A stretch of DNA of 64,000 nucleotides from a virus. A program made the translations under genes and the position numbers. Each line of letters opens with the position of its first letter. Position 1 is the first letter of the stretch. Positions 31,234-39,621 of this stretch are shown in pieces. The DNA lies in IMG/VR virus record IMGVR_UViG_3300045125_000140, positions 25,214 to 89,213 of that record; one strand, 5' to 3'. The notes below the pieces were generated by a model, which was given only the letters and a program-made list of their open reading frames with translations, ran no database searches and had not been told where the DNA came from.

Positions 31234-32796
31234 CTAGGCCACACCAGAGCTAGATGCCGGAGGCGCGTCGGGAGGAGGTATTAAAGGTCTTGGCGCTCTT
31301 CGAGCCGGCGCTGCTCCTGGCGCGGGCGGGGAGGTGTCGCGCCTGGAGGCGGAGCCGCGGCGCCTGGGGAGGAGTTGCTGCTCCTGGCGGAGGAGCTGCC
31401 GCTCCGGGCGGAGGCGGTCCTGCGGCAGGTTTGCCGCCAAAGACTCCGGCAACAGATTTACCGAACCTGTACGAAAGGGAACCCTTATCAACAGGTGGGC
31501 CAAGTTCGGGATTTTTTCTCCGGCTCCAGCGCGGTAATCAGAGACGGGCCGATCATTGGCGACTGCGCCACGACCAAAAACTCCCCCGAGTCGTTGGGGT
31601 ATGCTCTTCTTTTCCTGCACTCCTTGTTGGAGCTTGGCTTGTTGAGCACGAGTTTGTTCCAGAGCGCCCTTAGCAGTATCTAGCTGTTTGCGCTCCTCCT
31701 CGGACAAGCCCGCCGGCGTTTTCGCTTTAGCCTCTAAATCCGAAACAGTCTTTTTATTCTGTGCGGCTTGTGCCGAAGTCTCGTCAAGTAGCTTGGCTTT
31801 ACGAGCTCTGGCTACGTCAGCGTCGGTCTGGTATTTACCTAACGTGACATTTTTAAGAGCCATTTGACCAAACGATCGAGCAGCGCGACCAAAGATTCCG
31901 CGTTCCTTCCCGCCCGAGGCGGCGTAGGATAGGCTGGTATCTAGTTTCGCCTTCTCCTTATCCAGAGACTGCTGCACCCGAATAGCGGACTGATACGCGC
32001 GCTCCTGGTCAGGTCTTAGAGGCTGGCCGCTCTTTATCTGCTCTTCGAAGCCCTTGATCGCGGCTTCATTTCGGCCTCTGTTCTTCTCTATGTCGCTGAG
32101 TCGGCCCTTAATTCTGGTGTACTCGTCCTGGCGGCCCTCAAAAGACTTCTCTCTTCCGGCGCGCTGAACTTCGTAAACACGCTGGCGCTCTTGATGCAAT
32201 CCGGCTAAGTCTGATGCGGCGGACTGAATTCGATTCATAACCTCGGGTGGGACCGAGCCGGGCCCACCTCTCGGATCGACGCCTTCGGTTGCCCGGGCCA
32301 TCTCCATTACAGCGCCTCTCTCCTGGTCGCTTCCGGTAGCGAGCATTCGAGCTAAAGATCCCTCGTCAAGGGCTTTATGCTCCGGAGCGAGCGTCCTTAG
32401 CCGGATAGCCAGATCTCTAGCGAGGTCTCGATCTGCCTGAGTAACACCAAACTCATCCGCCTCGAGTCGAGACTTTGGTTTCTGATCCCGGTAACGACCG
32501 CCATCTCTACGGTCTCGGTCACGACGGTCGCCACGGTCACCACGGTCGCCACGGTCGCCGCGATCACGCCTATCACGGAAATAACGGAAATGATCGACTA
32601 GGCGGTCCTTACCACGACCGCCGTCCTTTGCAACCTTAAAGAAGCCGTCTACGACCTTGGAAAGAGGCCCAGAAACCTCCGCGGTTTGGAAGTATATCGT
32701 CTTATTATCCGATGCGGCCGCGACTTTATAAAAGGCGGACGAAAGAGTTAATACTACGGGAGATCTATTATCAGGCACTGTGTGGACCCTCACCAA
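31234..32796 (-). CDS. Coiled-coil protein with DRG repeats and a Pro/Gly/Ala-rich tail
   Basis: 520 aa with AFYKVAA, GFFKVAK and (DRG)n at about 32520-32580; indels likely in the 3' repeat. Confidence 0.7.
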   Translation of the reverse strand: MVRVHTVPDNRSPVVLTLSSAFYKVAAASDNKTIYFQTAEVSGPLSKVVDGFFKVAKDGGRGKDRLVDHFRYFRDRRDRGDRGDRGDRGDRRDRDRRDGGRYRDQKPKSRLEADEFGVTQADRDLARDLAIRLRTLAPEHKALDEGSLARMLATGSDQERGAVMEMARATEGVDPRGGPGSVPPEVMNRIQSAASDLAGLHQERQRVYEVQRAGREKSFEGRQDEYTRIKGRLSDIEKNRGRNEAAIKGFEEQIKSGQPLRPDQERAYQSAIRVQQSLDKEKAKLDTSLSYAASGGKERGIFGRAARSFGQMALKNVTLGKYQTDADVARARKAKLLDETSAQAAQNKKTVSDLEAKAKTPAGLSEEERKQLDTAKGALEQTRAQQAKLQQGVQEKKSIPQRLGGVFGRGAVANDRPVSDYRAGAGEKIPNLAHLLIRVPFRTGSVNLLPESLAANLPQDRLRPERQLLRQEQQLLPRRRGSASRRDTSPPAPGAAPARRAPRPLIPPPDAPPASSSGVA

Positions 32797-32837
32797 GAGG
32801 AACTGTCTAAATTATTATGGCCGAAACCGGCCCCAAA

Positions 32838-33135
32838 TCAATCGGGGTCGGTTTCGTCATTCAGCGGGTCGTCTATAATATCGCCCGGCAAAACCTCAGT
32901 AATTGCCGTAACCATATCCAGCCTGAAGCACTGGTAGAATGGGTACTTTATTTCGTAGAACTTCGGCGTGACTTCTTGGTCTTCGGTGAGCTCGAATTTT
33001 TTGACGACGGCGGGGAGTCCTTTGCAGACGACGACGGCCGTTTGCGTGTCCGAGAAGTAGACTTTGTAGACGCGGCAGCCTTCCCACTCGCGGGCGGTTT
33101 CAGCCTTGGCAAACTCACGGAAGAAGTCCCGGACG
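32838..33135 (-). CDS. Hypothetical protein overlapping the 3' end of the phosphoesterase gene
   Basis: Globular-looking frame VRDFFREFAKAETAREWEGCRVYKVYF...; start uncertain. Confidence 0.5.
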
Positions 33136-34294
33136 CTCCCTGCTTGTACGCCTCCAGTAATTGAACGCCGGTTTCTGTCGGTAGTACCTGGATCTTCCTC
33201 GTCTTCGGCCATAGGATCGCCATATAATCGGGATTTAAATTCTCCCACGCAAAGCCCTGCTCTATTGCGTAGTCGTCGTACTCGCTTCTCTTAAAGGCGC
33301 CGACCTGGATACCCCAGCGCGTTTTGCCTTTAAGCATGCGCTCCTGTACGCCGGAGCGATGTGTGTGGCCTGCCACGATTATGTCCGAATCGAAATAATC
33401 GAACATATGGTGCTTCGATACGCCGTGGGCCGGATTCAGCTCGGAGCCGCCCTTGACCTTGTGGCGGAGAAGGATCCGATACGGGACATCTCCGACATTG
33501 ACGGTTAGAAGCATCTCGAACGGGTGGTACGGGATCTTCTTCGACAGCTGAAGCATCACGGTGTCGAGGTGGGAGAACCCGGTCATGCGCCACGAGATCA
33601 GGTCGTGGTTACCGGCAACGACGCCCACGAGTCGGCCGGCTTTTACCACCTGCTCGAGCCAGTAGGTCGCGGCGAAGATTTCTTCGGGAACGTCGATCGG
33701 AGTCTTATGGCGCTCGACCATAACGTTGCGCCAGATCATGGAGTCGAGAACGTCTCCGATGGACGCGGTGTAGACGTCGATGTCCTTGCGGCTAAATACG
33801 TTAAGGAGGTATTCGAGTCTCGGGTAATCGGTCGAGGCCGACCCGATATGAATATCGCCGAGGAATACGATGCCGACAGGCCGATCGGTTTTGATATTGA
33901 CCACGCGGCTTGACGACATTTCGACTTCGTCGACGCGCTTGGCGAATCGGTCCTTCAGCTTGCCCCAAGCCTCGAGCCCGCTAACTTCAATGGGCGCGTC
34001 GGATTCGGAGGTTTCGCTAAGCTTAATCAGGTCATCCTTTTTAGGCTCCTGTGTTTCAACCAAAGACACAGAGCTAAACGGCTTATTCTTTTCGAGACAG
34101 TCTTTAATGTTGACCCACGGAATTCCGAAGTTGGTGATTACGTACATCTCGCTCATCACCGGCATCCGTAAGTCTCTGAGTGCTTCTCTAACCGTATGAA
34201 CTTTCAAGCTACCGTACCGCCGCATGCTAAGCTCGGCGGCTTTTCGGAACATATCCTCTACCTCGCTCAACGTGAACTTCATGTACTTGGTCAC
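32948..34294 (-). CDS. Calcineurin-like metallophosphoesterase
   Basis: GDIHIG, IGD, GNHD, H and GHTH motifs. Confidence 0.85.
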   Translation of the reverse strand: MTKYMKFTLSEVEDMFRKAAELSMRRYGSLKVHTVREALRDLRMPVMSEMYVITNFGIPWVNIKDCLEKNKPFSSVSLVETQEPKKDDLIKLSETSESDAPIEVSGLEAWGKLKDRFAKRVDEVEMSSSRVVNIKTDRPVGIVFLGDIHIGSASTDYPRLEYLLNVFSRKDIDVYTASIGDVLDSMIWRNVMVERHKTPIDVPEEIFAATYWLEQVVKAGRLVGVVAGNHDLISWRMTGFSHLDTVMLQLSKKIPYHPFEMLLTVNVGDVPYRILLRHKVKGGSELNPAHGVSKHHMFDYFDSDIIVAGHTHRSGVQERMLKGKTRWGIQVGAFKRSEYDDYAIEQGFAWENLNPDYMAILWPKTRKIQVLPTETGVQLLEAYKQGASGTSSVSLPRLKPPASGKAAASTKSTSRTRKRPSSSAKDSPPSSKNSSSPKTKKSRRSSTK

Positions 34295-34530
34295 GCGTTC
34301 TCCTTGGGGATCTTTATGAGGATCTCGGCGTCAGGGATTGTTATCTCGCCAGTGAGATAGTTAGCCAGTAAATCCAGTGCCGCATTTTTAGCTCTTGTTT
34401 CTCGTGAACTGAGCGGCACCGAATCTGCGCACGATCCTCCAAAATTTACCGGAGAGAGGATGGTAAGAACCTCTAACGCCGTAGCTACCTTTGAGGGTAG
34501 ATCAGGACCGCGACTCTCGTGATTGAACAT
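34291..34530 (-). CDS. Hypothetical protein
   Basis: 79 aa with a GGAGG RBS. Confidence 0.6.
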   Translation of the reverse strand: MFNHESRGPDLPSKVATALEVLTILSPVNFGGSCADSVPLSSRETRAKNAALDLLANYLTGEITIPDAEILIKIPKENA

Positions 34531-34605
34531 ACGAGTCCTCCGGACAGGCGAGCGCCCGCAGTTACAGTTTAACCGAACCGCGGGCAGCTAAGCAACAACT
34601 AATTC

Positions 34606-34800
34606 TTAGTCGTCGGAACTTTTGTTTTTCGGCGCTTTATCCATATCAGCGGATAAGCGCCATCCGAGGAAGAGGCCGGCCGGAAGGGACAGCATCGGCA
34701 AAACTTTAGCCCAGTCGACTTTTTTGAAGTCTGGTTTCATCTTGCTGAGCTCGCTGAAGAACCCGCGAGAGACTGGCTGCTGATCTTTACCGTCGAACAT
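34606..34800 (-). CDS. Small tagged membrane protein
   Basis: RGFFSELSKM followed by a TM helix. Confidence 0.6.
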   Translation of the reverse strand: MFDGKDQQPVSRGFFSELSKMKPDFKKVDWAKVLPMLSLPAGLFLGWRLSADMDKAPKNKSSDD

Positions 34801-35219
34801 CAGAGTAGATCAGGGTGCTTGGTCGGTACGTACACTTCGCGGATTACGAAGTTGTATCCACCGCCTGTCGCAGTGGCTGTAATGTAAATTGGCTCATTTA
34901 CTCCGGTAACAAACCACCCGTCCGGATTAAACGGGCAAACAAACATCGCGCTGCCTTTGTCTAAATGAATTCCAGGGATTGTTTTTGTCGCGCCGTTTGA
35001 CGCGTTAGCTATCGTATATGATAAATCGCTACCAGTATTTGGATTTGGGGATAGATGATAAGCGACTATCGAGTAGTAGTGTCCGGCCTTAGCAGCCAAA
35101 ACTAGGGTAGCCGTGTTTGCCGCCGCAATTGTCCCAGTAACACGGGTTGTTCCGACGAGAGTATCCGGGCCGTTAGCTATCGCCTGCGAAACTTGAAACG
35201 ACTTAGAATTTGTAGACAT
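34800..35219 (-). CDS. Beta-rich putative virion protein
   Basis: 139 aa, Thr/Ala/Gly-rich. Confidence 0.6.
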   Translation of the reverse strand: MSTNSKSFQVSQAIANGPDTLVGTTRVTGTIAAANTATLVLAAKAGHYYSIVAYHLSPNPNTGSDLSYTIANASNGATKTIPGIHLDKGSAMFVCPFNPDGWFVTGVNEPIYITATATGGGYNFVIREVYVPTKHPDLL

Positions 35220-35222
35220 AGG

Positions 35223-35504
35223 TCACTTCCTCAGTAGGTGGTAAAGACCACCTAACCCTGCACCGATTAGGGCGCCTTTGATGGCGCGCTCTTGTTTTGA
35301 TTTAGACTCGTCTCCGAGAAGGAGATTTGCGAGAGCGCCGGCTCCGCCAAACGTGGTCATGCGGCCCAACGCCGACGGGCCTGAGCTGCTGGGGAGATTT
35401 ATAAGGATCTCCTGGGGAAGCTGGGGAGCCATCTGAGCTTCTTGTTCCGCCGAAAGGCCGCGAGATTGTTTCTTATCTTTCGACTTATTCTTTCGGGAAA
35501 CCAT
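35223..35504 (-). CDS. Glycine-zipper protein
   Basis: GALIGAGLGGL. Confidence 0.6.
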   Translation of the reverse strand: MVSRKNKSKDKKQSRGLSAEQEAQMAPQLPQEILINLPSSSGPSALGRMTTFGGAGALANLLLGDESKSKQERAIKGALIGAGLGGLYHLLRK

Positions 35505-35527
35505 ATCGACGATGCGCTCTACGTCGT

Positions 35528-35998
35528 CTACCGAGAGGCCGCGCGACTCGCGCCGATCTTCTCTATCCGAGCCATACGATCTTTGGCGAGACCCGCCGCG
35601 TCCTGATCGGCCCCCAAAGTCACGGTCGGGCCCGGCATTTGATCGGCCGCCCGATCTTCTGCCGGAGTTCCCCCGGATTGGTTACCTGTACGGTAGGCCG
35701 GGCTAGAGATCGGAGGCAGCGGCATGGCCAGTTTGGAAAGAAGGGCGCCCATAAACGCCGCTTCGGCTTCCTTATGGTGCTCTTTTTCAAGACCTAGGTC
35801 CTCTGCTGCATCCTCGGGCACAGGCTTTTCGGATTCATACTCACGACGCTCCTTCTTAAGCCCATACTTTCGTTTAGCTTCGGGCGGAATCGGCTTAGAC
35901 GCATGATATTCATGCGACGCCAATTTGTTCATGAAGGAGTTCGTAACAATATCTAGCATGTGCAGGGGGTCCCTAGGAATAGGATAGGCTGGGGGCAT
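35528..35998 (-). CDS. Protein with two degenerate tags
   Basis: NSFMNKLAS and AFMGALLSKLAM. Confidence 0.65.
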   Translation of the reverse strand: MPPAYPIPRDPLHMLDIVTNSFMNKLASHEYHASKPIPPEAKRKYGLKKERREYESEKPVPEDAAEDLGLEKEHHKEAEAAFMGALLSKLAMPLPPISSPAYRTGNQSGGTPAEDRAADQMPGPTVTLGADQDAAGLAKDRMARIEKIGASRAASR

Positions 35999-36025
35999 AG
36001 ATATTCAAAAATATGCCGAATATGC

Positions 36026-36041
36026 GGCATAAGAAGATTAG
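36026..36041 (+). promoter_or_regulatory. Promoter-like motif, copy 6
   Basis: GGCATAAGAAGATTAG followed by a GCAGTAA/TTACTGC hairpin; lies at a strand switch. Confidence 0.7.
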
Positions 36042-36070
36042 AGCAGTAATTTACTGCTGAAAGGGGAGGT

Positions 36071-36382
36071 ATGAAGATCCTACTCGTTTACCAAGACGGG
36101 ATCGAGAAGGTTAACTCGGCCCGCGTCTTTTTTATGGAGCCTTTTGGCCGCGAGGTCGAGGCTCCTAAAAAACGAGAGATGCGGGAGTACTCGGAAATGC
36201 TGCCGGACATCAAGTCGGCGGCGATGATCCAGTACGGCCGCGACCTTAAAACCAGCAAGGTGTGCTGGTCTCGCAAATTCAAGTGCTTGCTCTTGAAGGA
36301 GCACCGTGGATTTGATATCTTCATCGAGTTGCCCGGTTTCCGGGCGTGGCACGATCGGTGCCTCGATTCGATGGACACCTGA
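36071..36382 (+). CDS. Hypothetical protein
   Basis: 103 aa with a GGGGAGG RBS. Confidence 0.7.
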   Translation: MKILLVYQDGIEKVNSARVFFMEPFGREVEAPKKREMREYSEMLPDIKSAAMIQYGRDLKTSKVCWSRKFKCLLLKEHRGFDIFIELPGFRAWHDRCLDSMDT

Positions 36383-36388
36383 AAAAGG

Positions 36389-36461
36389 AACTCCGTAGCT
36401 CAGTTGGTAGAGCAGCAGACTTTTAATCTGTTGGTCCTGGGTTCAACTCCCAGCGGAGTCA
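36389..36461 (+). tRNA. tRNA-Lys(UUU)
   Basis: TAGCTCAGTTGGTAGAGC D-arm, GCAGA-CTTTTAA-TCTGT anticodon arm, CTGGG-TTCAACT-CCCAG T-arm; position 1:72 mismatched as sequenced. Confidence 0.9.
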
Positions 36462-36536
36462 TAGGGCGGCATTAAGCTTCTGGATTTTAGATCGTTTCTA
36501 AAGTCCTAATACCCTTGGTTGATGCCGCCCGTCAAT

Positions 36537-36788
36537 ATGGAACAGCAACAACCTCAAATAGTGCCCGCGCAAGCGTGGTACTTTATTCGAAACACCGTAG
36601 GAGTCGGCGCTACCTTAATAGGTCAGGCGTCGATGTTCGCCAATAATCAATCCATCAAGCAGATGGAGTCCGTGCTTCCTGGACTTAAGGAAGTAGTGAT
36701 GAAGCTCGAGCAGCTTCTTAAATTCGCCAAGGAGGCGGATGAGCCGCAAGCTCAACAACCTCCCAGTGATACTGGGACGAAACCATAG
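36537..36788 (+). CDS. Hypothetical protein
   Basis: Starts MEQQQPQ. Confidence 0.55.
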   Translation: MEQQQPQIVPAQAWYFIRNTVGVGATLIGQASMFANNQSIKQMESVLPGLKEVVMKLEQLLKFAKEADEPQAQQPPSDTGTKP

Positions 36789-36988
36789 TATTCCGTACTA
36801 TGGGTTATTTCACTCAAGCTGTGTCGAGGGGAAGGACACAGAGTGGGAAAGAGCATTATCTAAGATGCTCCTAGATCAGGACGTCCAGATCGAGATAAAT
36901 CCTGATCTACCGCTCGAGCCGGCGTTACTGGCTCTTTTCATCCCCGTCCGTGTGGCATGGGCTACCCACAAAAAACTGTGGATCCTGT

Positions 36989-37004
36989 GTCATAAGAAGA
37001 ATAG
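36989..37004 (+). promoter_or_regulatory. Promoter-like motif, copy 7, upstream of the ECF sigma gene
   Basis: GTCATAAGAAGAATAG followed by a GTGGG...CCCAC hairpin; lies inside ORF 36739..37065. Confidence 0.6.
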
Positions 37005-37072
37005 TGGGAGAATTATTACCTTCGCTACGAAGGCTATAAGCGTCCCCACCATGTATCAGGTATAGGAGGTAT

Positions 37073-37660
37073 ATGCCTGAATTGTTTAGTAAGAGGAGAG
37101 CGGAGCTGCAAAAAGAGCTCATGCTCAAAGTAAAGAATTCTGCGCCGGATGCGCAGGAAGCCGCGGCGCAGCTCTACATGGAGCTGAAGCGAGCGGTGGC
37201 CGGAAAAGCACTGTCCGTCAGTCGAAGGCTGACGCCGGTGCTGGACGACCTCATCCAAGAGGTATTTCTGCGGATGTTGGACCGCAGCAAGTTGTACGAC
37301 CCTAAGTACAACGTGAACTCTTGGGTGATGAGAATCACCCGGAACATCTGCATCGATAAGATGCGGTATGAAAAGGTCCGGGAGACCGAGGTGCTCCAGG
37401 ACAAACCGTCCGCAATCGTCGAGGCCTCGAATCAAATCGAAGCCGACGAACAACGAGCTCTAATCGAACTCGGACTGAAAAAGCTTCCGGAGACCCAGCA
37501 GCTGGTTCTTCGGAAGTATTACTTGGAAGGGGATAATCTTGAGGAGATTATCTCGAGCACCAAATTCAAGAAGGGGACCATAACCTGCGCCATGTCGCGC
37601 GGGATTAAGGCTCTCCGAGAGAACCCGAATATCGGGAAGCTAGCGCCAGAGGTTGACTAG
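37073..37660 (+). CDS. ECF-type sigma-70 factor
   Basis: DDLIQEVFLR and SWVMRITRNICIDKMR (region 2); LKKLPETQQLV...LEEI...GTI..MSRG (region 4). Confidence 0.88.
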   Translation: MPELFSKRRAELQKELMLKVKNSAPDAQEAAAQLYMELKRAVAGKALSVSRRLTPVLDDLIQEVFLRMLDRSKLYDPKYNVNSWVMRITRNICIDKMRYEKVRETEVLQDKPSAIVEASNQIEADEQRALIELGLKKLPETQQLVLRKYYLEGDNLEEIISSTKFKKGTITCAMSRGIKALRENPNIGKLAPEVD

Positions 37661-37714
37661 CGTTGGGCGCGTTTGGACGACCGCAATCCGTCCGAATGCG
37701 CCCTGAACCGATCC

Positions 37715-37787
37715 GCTTTCGTAGCCCAACGGCAGAGGCAGGAGACTTAAAATCTCCCAAGTGTGGGTTCGAGTCCCACCGAAAGCA
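37715..37787 (+). tRNA. tRNA-Leu(UAA) with short variable loop
   Basis: GCTTTCG/CGAAAGC acceptor stem, GGAGA-CTTAAAA-TCTCC and GTGGG-TTCGAGT-CCCAC. Confidence 0.9.
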
Positions 37788-37840
37788 TGGGCCGCACGAT
37801 ATACGTACGGCTTTTTTATCAAAGGAGTGAGACACTATTT

Positions 37841-38470
37841 ATGAAGTCTATTATCCATATCGAAAAGATCGAAGCTGAAGGTGTTGTGTTCCACAACATC
37901 AAAATCGAAATCGACAACATCAAGGCCCACCTCCCGGGACCGTGTCGTCCGAACCGGACTTCCACGTACCCGGGAGGTGGGCCTGCCGCAGAACCGGCCG
38001 CACCTCGCGACCGTCGAACGCTGAAAACGGCGTTGGCGGGTACGGGGCTCACCACTAAGCAGCTCGCCGATCTCTTCGGCGTATCTGTCTGGTCGATTCG
38101 GGCGTGGTGCTTGGGAGACAACCGCCCCAAGGACGAGAAGATCGCGAAAATCGCGCAACTTCTCGACATGACGCCGAAGGAGGTCTCGCGACTTCTTCCT
38201 CGACGTCGCCCGTCGCGTACTGCGGCGAAGCGCGTCATGCGAACCCGCAAGTCTCTCGGATACGCCATCGCGGCGTACCCGGATGGCCGGTTCGTGGCGA
38301 ACGACGGCCACACGGCCGTGACGTTCACGGTTCGGAAGATGGGCCAGCGTACCGTTCTCGACCAAATCGAGACCGGTAAGGACAGCCCGCTTGGGAAGAA
38401 GATCGCGCGCGACGGCAAGATCAGCGGCTTCGGCCGCGTCTGCCAAGCGGCGCGACTGAACACTCTGTGA
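37841..38470 (+). CDS. XRE-family HTH domain protein
   Basis: GLTTKQLADLFGVSVWSIRAWCLGDNRP; AAGGAG upstream. Confidence 0.75.
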   Translation: MKSIIHIEKIEAEGVVFHNIKIEIDNIKAHLPGPCRPNRTSTYPGGGPAAEPAAPRDRRTLKTALAGTGLTTKQLADLFGVSVWSIRAWCLGDNRPKDEKIAKIAQLLDMTPKEVSRLLPRRRPSRTAAKRVMRTRKSLGYAIAAYPDGRFVANDGHTAVTFTVRKMGQRTVLDQIETGKDSPLGKKIARDGKISGFGRVCQAARLNTL

Positions 38471-38504
38471 TCGACATCCTCAGAGCCCGACGGGGGCTGG
38501 TGAC

Positions 38505-38531
38505 TGTGGGTTCGAGTCCCACCGAAAGCAT
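38505..38531 (+). repeat. 27-bp direct repeat of the tRNA-Leu 3' end (identical to 37762..37788)
   Basis: TGTGGGTTCGAGTCCCACCGAAAGCAT at both positions. Confidence 0.9.
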
Positions 38532-38534
38532 CAG

Positions 38535-39075
38535 TGGCTTCTATCTTGAGAGGATCGGGGCGAGCTAAGGATAAATATCCAAGGCTCGTTAACCCAAAAC
38601 TCTCGAGGTTACTGCGGCGAGCTCGCCGCGGGGAAACAAATTCGGACCATAAAATCCCTAGAATGCCCTACCCTCGAGGATCGCTCGAGGATAGGGCGCC
38701 TTCGGAGGTCCCCCTCCGACCAGGCTCGAGGAGCTTACGGGTCCCTCTGCCCGCGCGCACGGCTATTCTGGCGTAACCGCCAGATCGCCGTCGCGCGCGG
38801 GCAACGGTCCCCTACAGCTACCTCGAGCCCTGGTCTACGGGGGTAAGCACTGAAACCCGATCGAGGCACGTCGCAGGACGCGCATATCGATCGGGGGCGG
38901 GAGTACTTAGTACTGCTGCCATCGGTTAAGCGATTATTATCGCTGCACGGCTTAACACGTGCGGCACCATTTTCCTCCGACCAGAGGAAGATCCTCTCTA
39001 CCTCCGAGGATCGAGTTTGTGCAGAGGTCTTAACCTTTCAACTCTGCATATTCACTTCTCTGGTCGGACCTTACA
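38535..39075 (+). ncRNA. Candidate large structured ncRNA (~540 nt)
   Basis: No credible ORF. Long stems at 38544-38608, 38665-38697, 38720-38833 and 38976-39068; located in the tRNA region. Confidence 0.55.
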
Positions 39076-39090
39076 AAGGAGCGAGGTAAC

Positions 39091-39240
39091 ATGAGCGAAG
39101 AGGCTATTGTTTTGAAACAGCAAAATATGATCCTATCAGCGCGATTGTCCGAGCTCCAACGCGAGCTAGACAGCGCGCGGCAAACAATTGCGATCTTGGA
39201 GACTCTTCTCCAAGACGCGACGCTCTCGGCTAAAAACTGA
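39091..39240 (+). CDS. 49-aa coiled-coil peptide (missing from ORF track)
   Basis: GAGG RBS then MSEEAIVLKQQNMILSARLSELQRELDSARQTIAILETLLQDATLSAKN. Confidence 0.6.
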   Translation: MSEEAIVLKQQNMILSARLSELQRELDSARQTIAILETLLQDATLSAKN

Positions 39241-39244
39241 GGGC

Positions 39245-39298
39245 GGCCCAGGTGGTGGCACGGCCGCAAGGCTCCGGGTTCAACTCCCGGCTGGGATT
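39245..39298 (+). ncRNA. Minimal tRNA-like element lacking an anticodon loop
   Basis: CCCAG/CTGGG closing stem, GTG-GTGG-CAC, GGCC-GCAA-GGCT and canonical T-arm CCGGG-TTCAACT-CCCGG. Confidence 0.55.
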
Positions 39299-39489
39299 TC
39301 AAGGAGGAGAGGGGCCCGTGGCCCAACCGGTCAGTATCATTGTTTGATGCTGGCGGAGCGACATTCCCACGCTTCCGGGTCACCCTCTCTTCTGTCCGTA
39401 CACGGTACATCACTACGAGCTCACTCCGATTCCATTCTCTTCATTGGTTAGTGTTCGTTTCTCCTTTAACAAGTAGTGATGTGCCGCAT

Positions 39490-39563
39490 GTTCCCATAGC
39501 TCAGATGGATAGAGCATCGGATTTCTAATCCGACGGTCGCAGGTTCGAATCCTGCTGGGAACG
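39490..39563 (+). tRNA. tRNA-Arg(UCU)
   Basis: GTTCCCA/TGGGAAC acceptor stem, TCGGA-TTTCTAA-TCCGA and GCAGG-TTCGAAT-CCTGC. Confidence 0.92.
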
Positions 39564-39621
39564 TTGAGGTCCCGTGACTGATCAAGTAGATTAGCGCGGG
39601 ACTTCTTTCGTGGAGGTTAAC

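Noticed and set aside
32515-32585. 9-bp tandem repeat as a regulatory repeat
   Set aside because: It lies in frame within a CDS and encodes DRG repeats.
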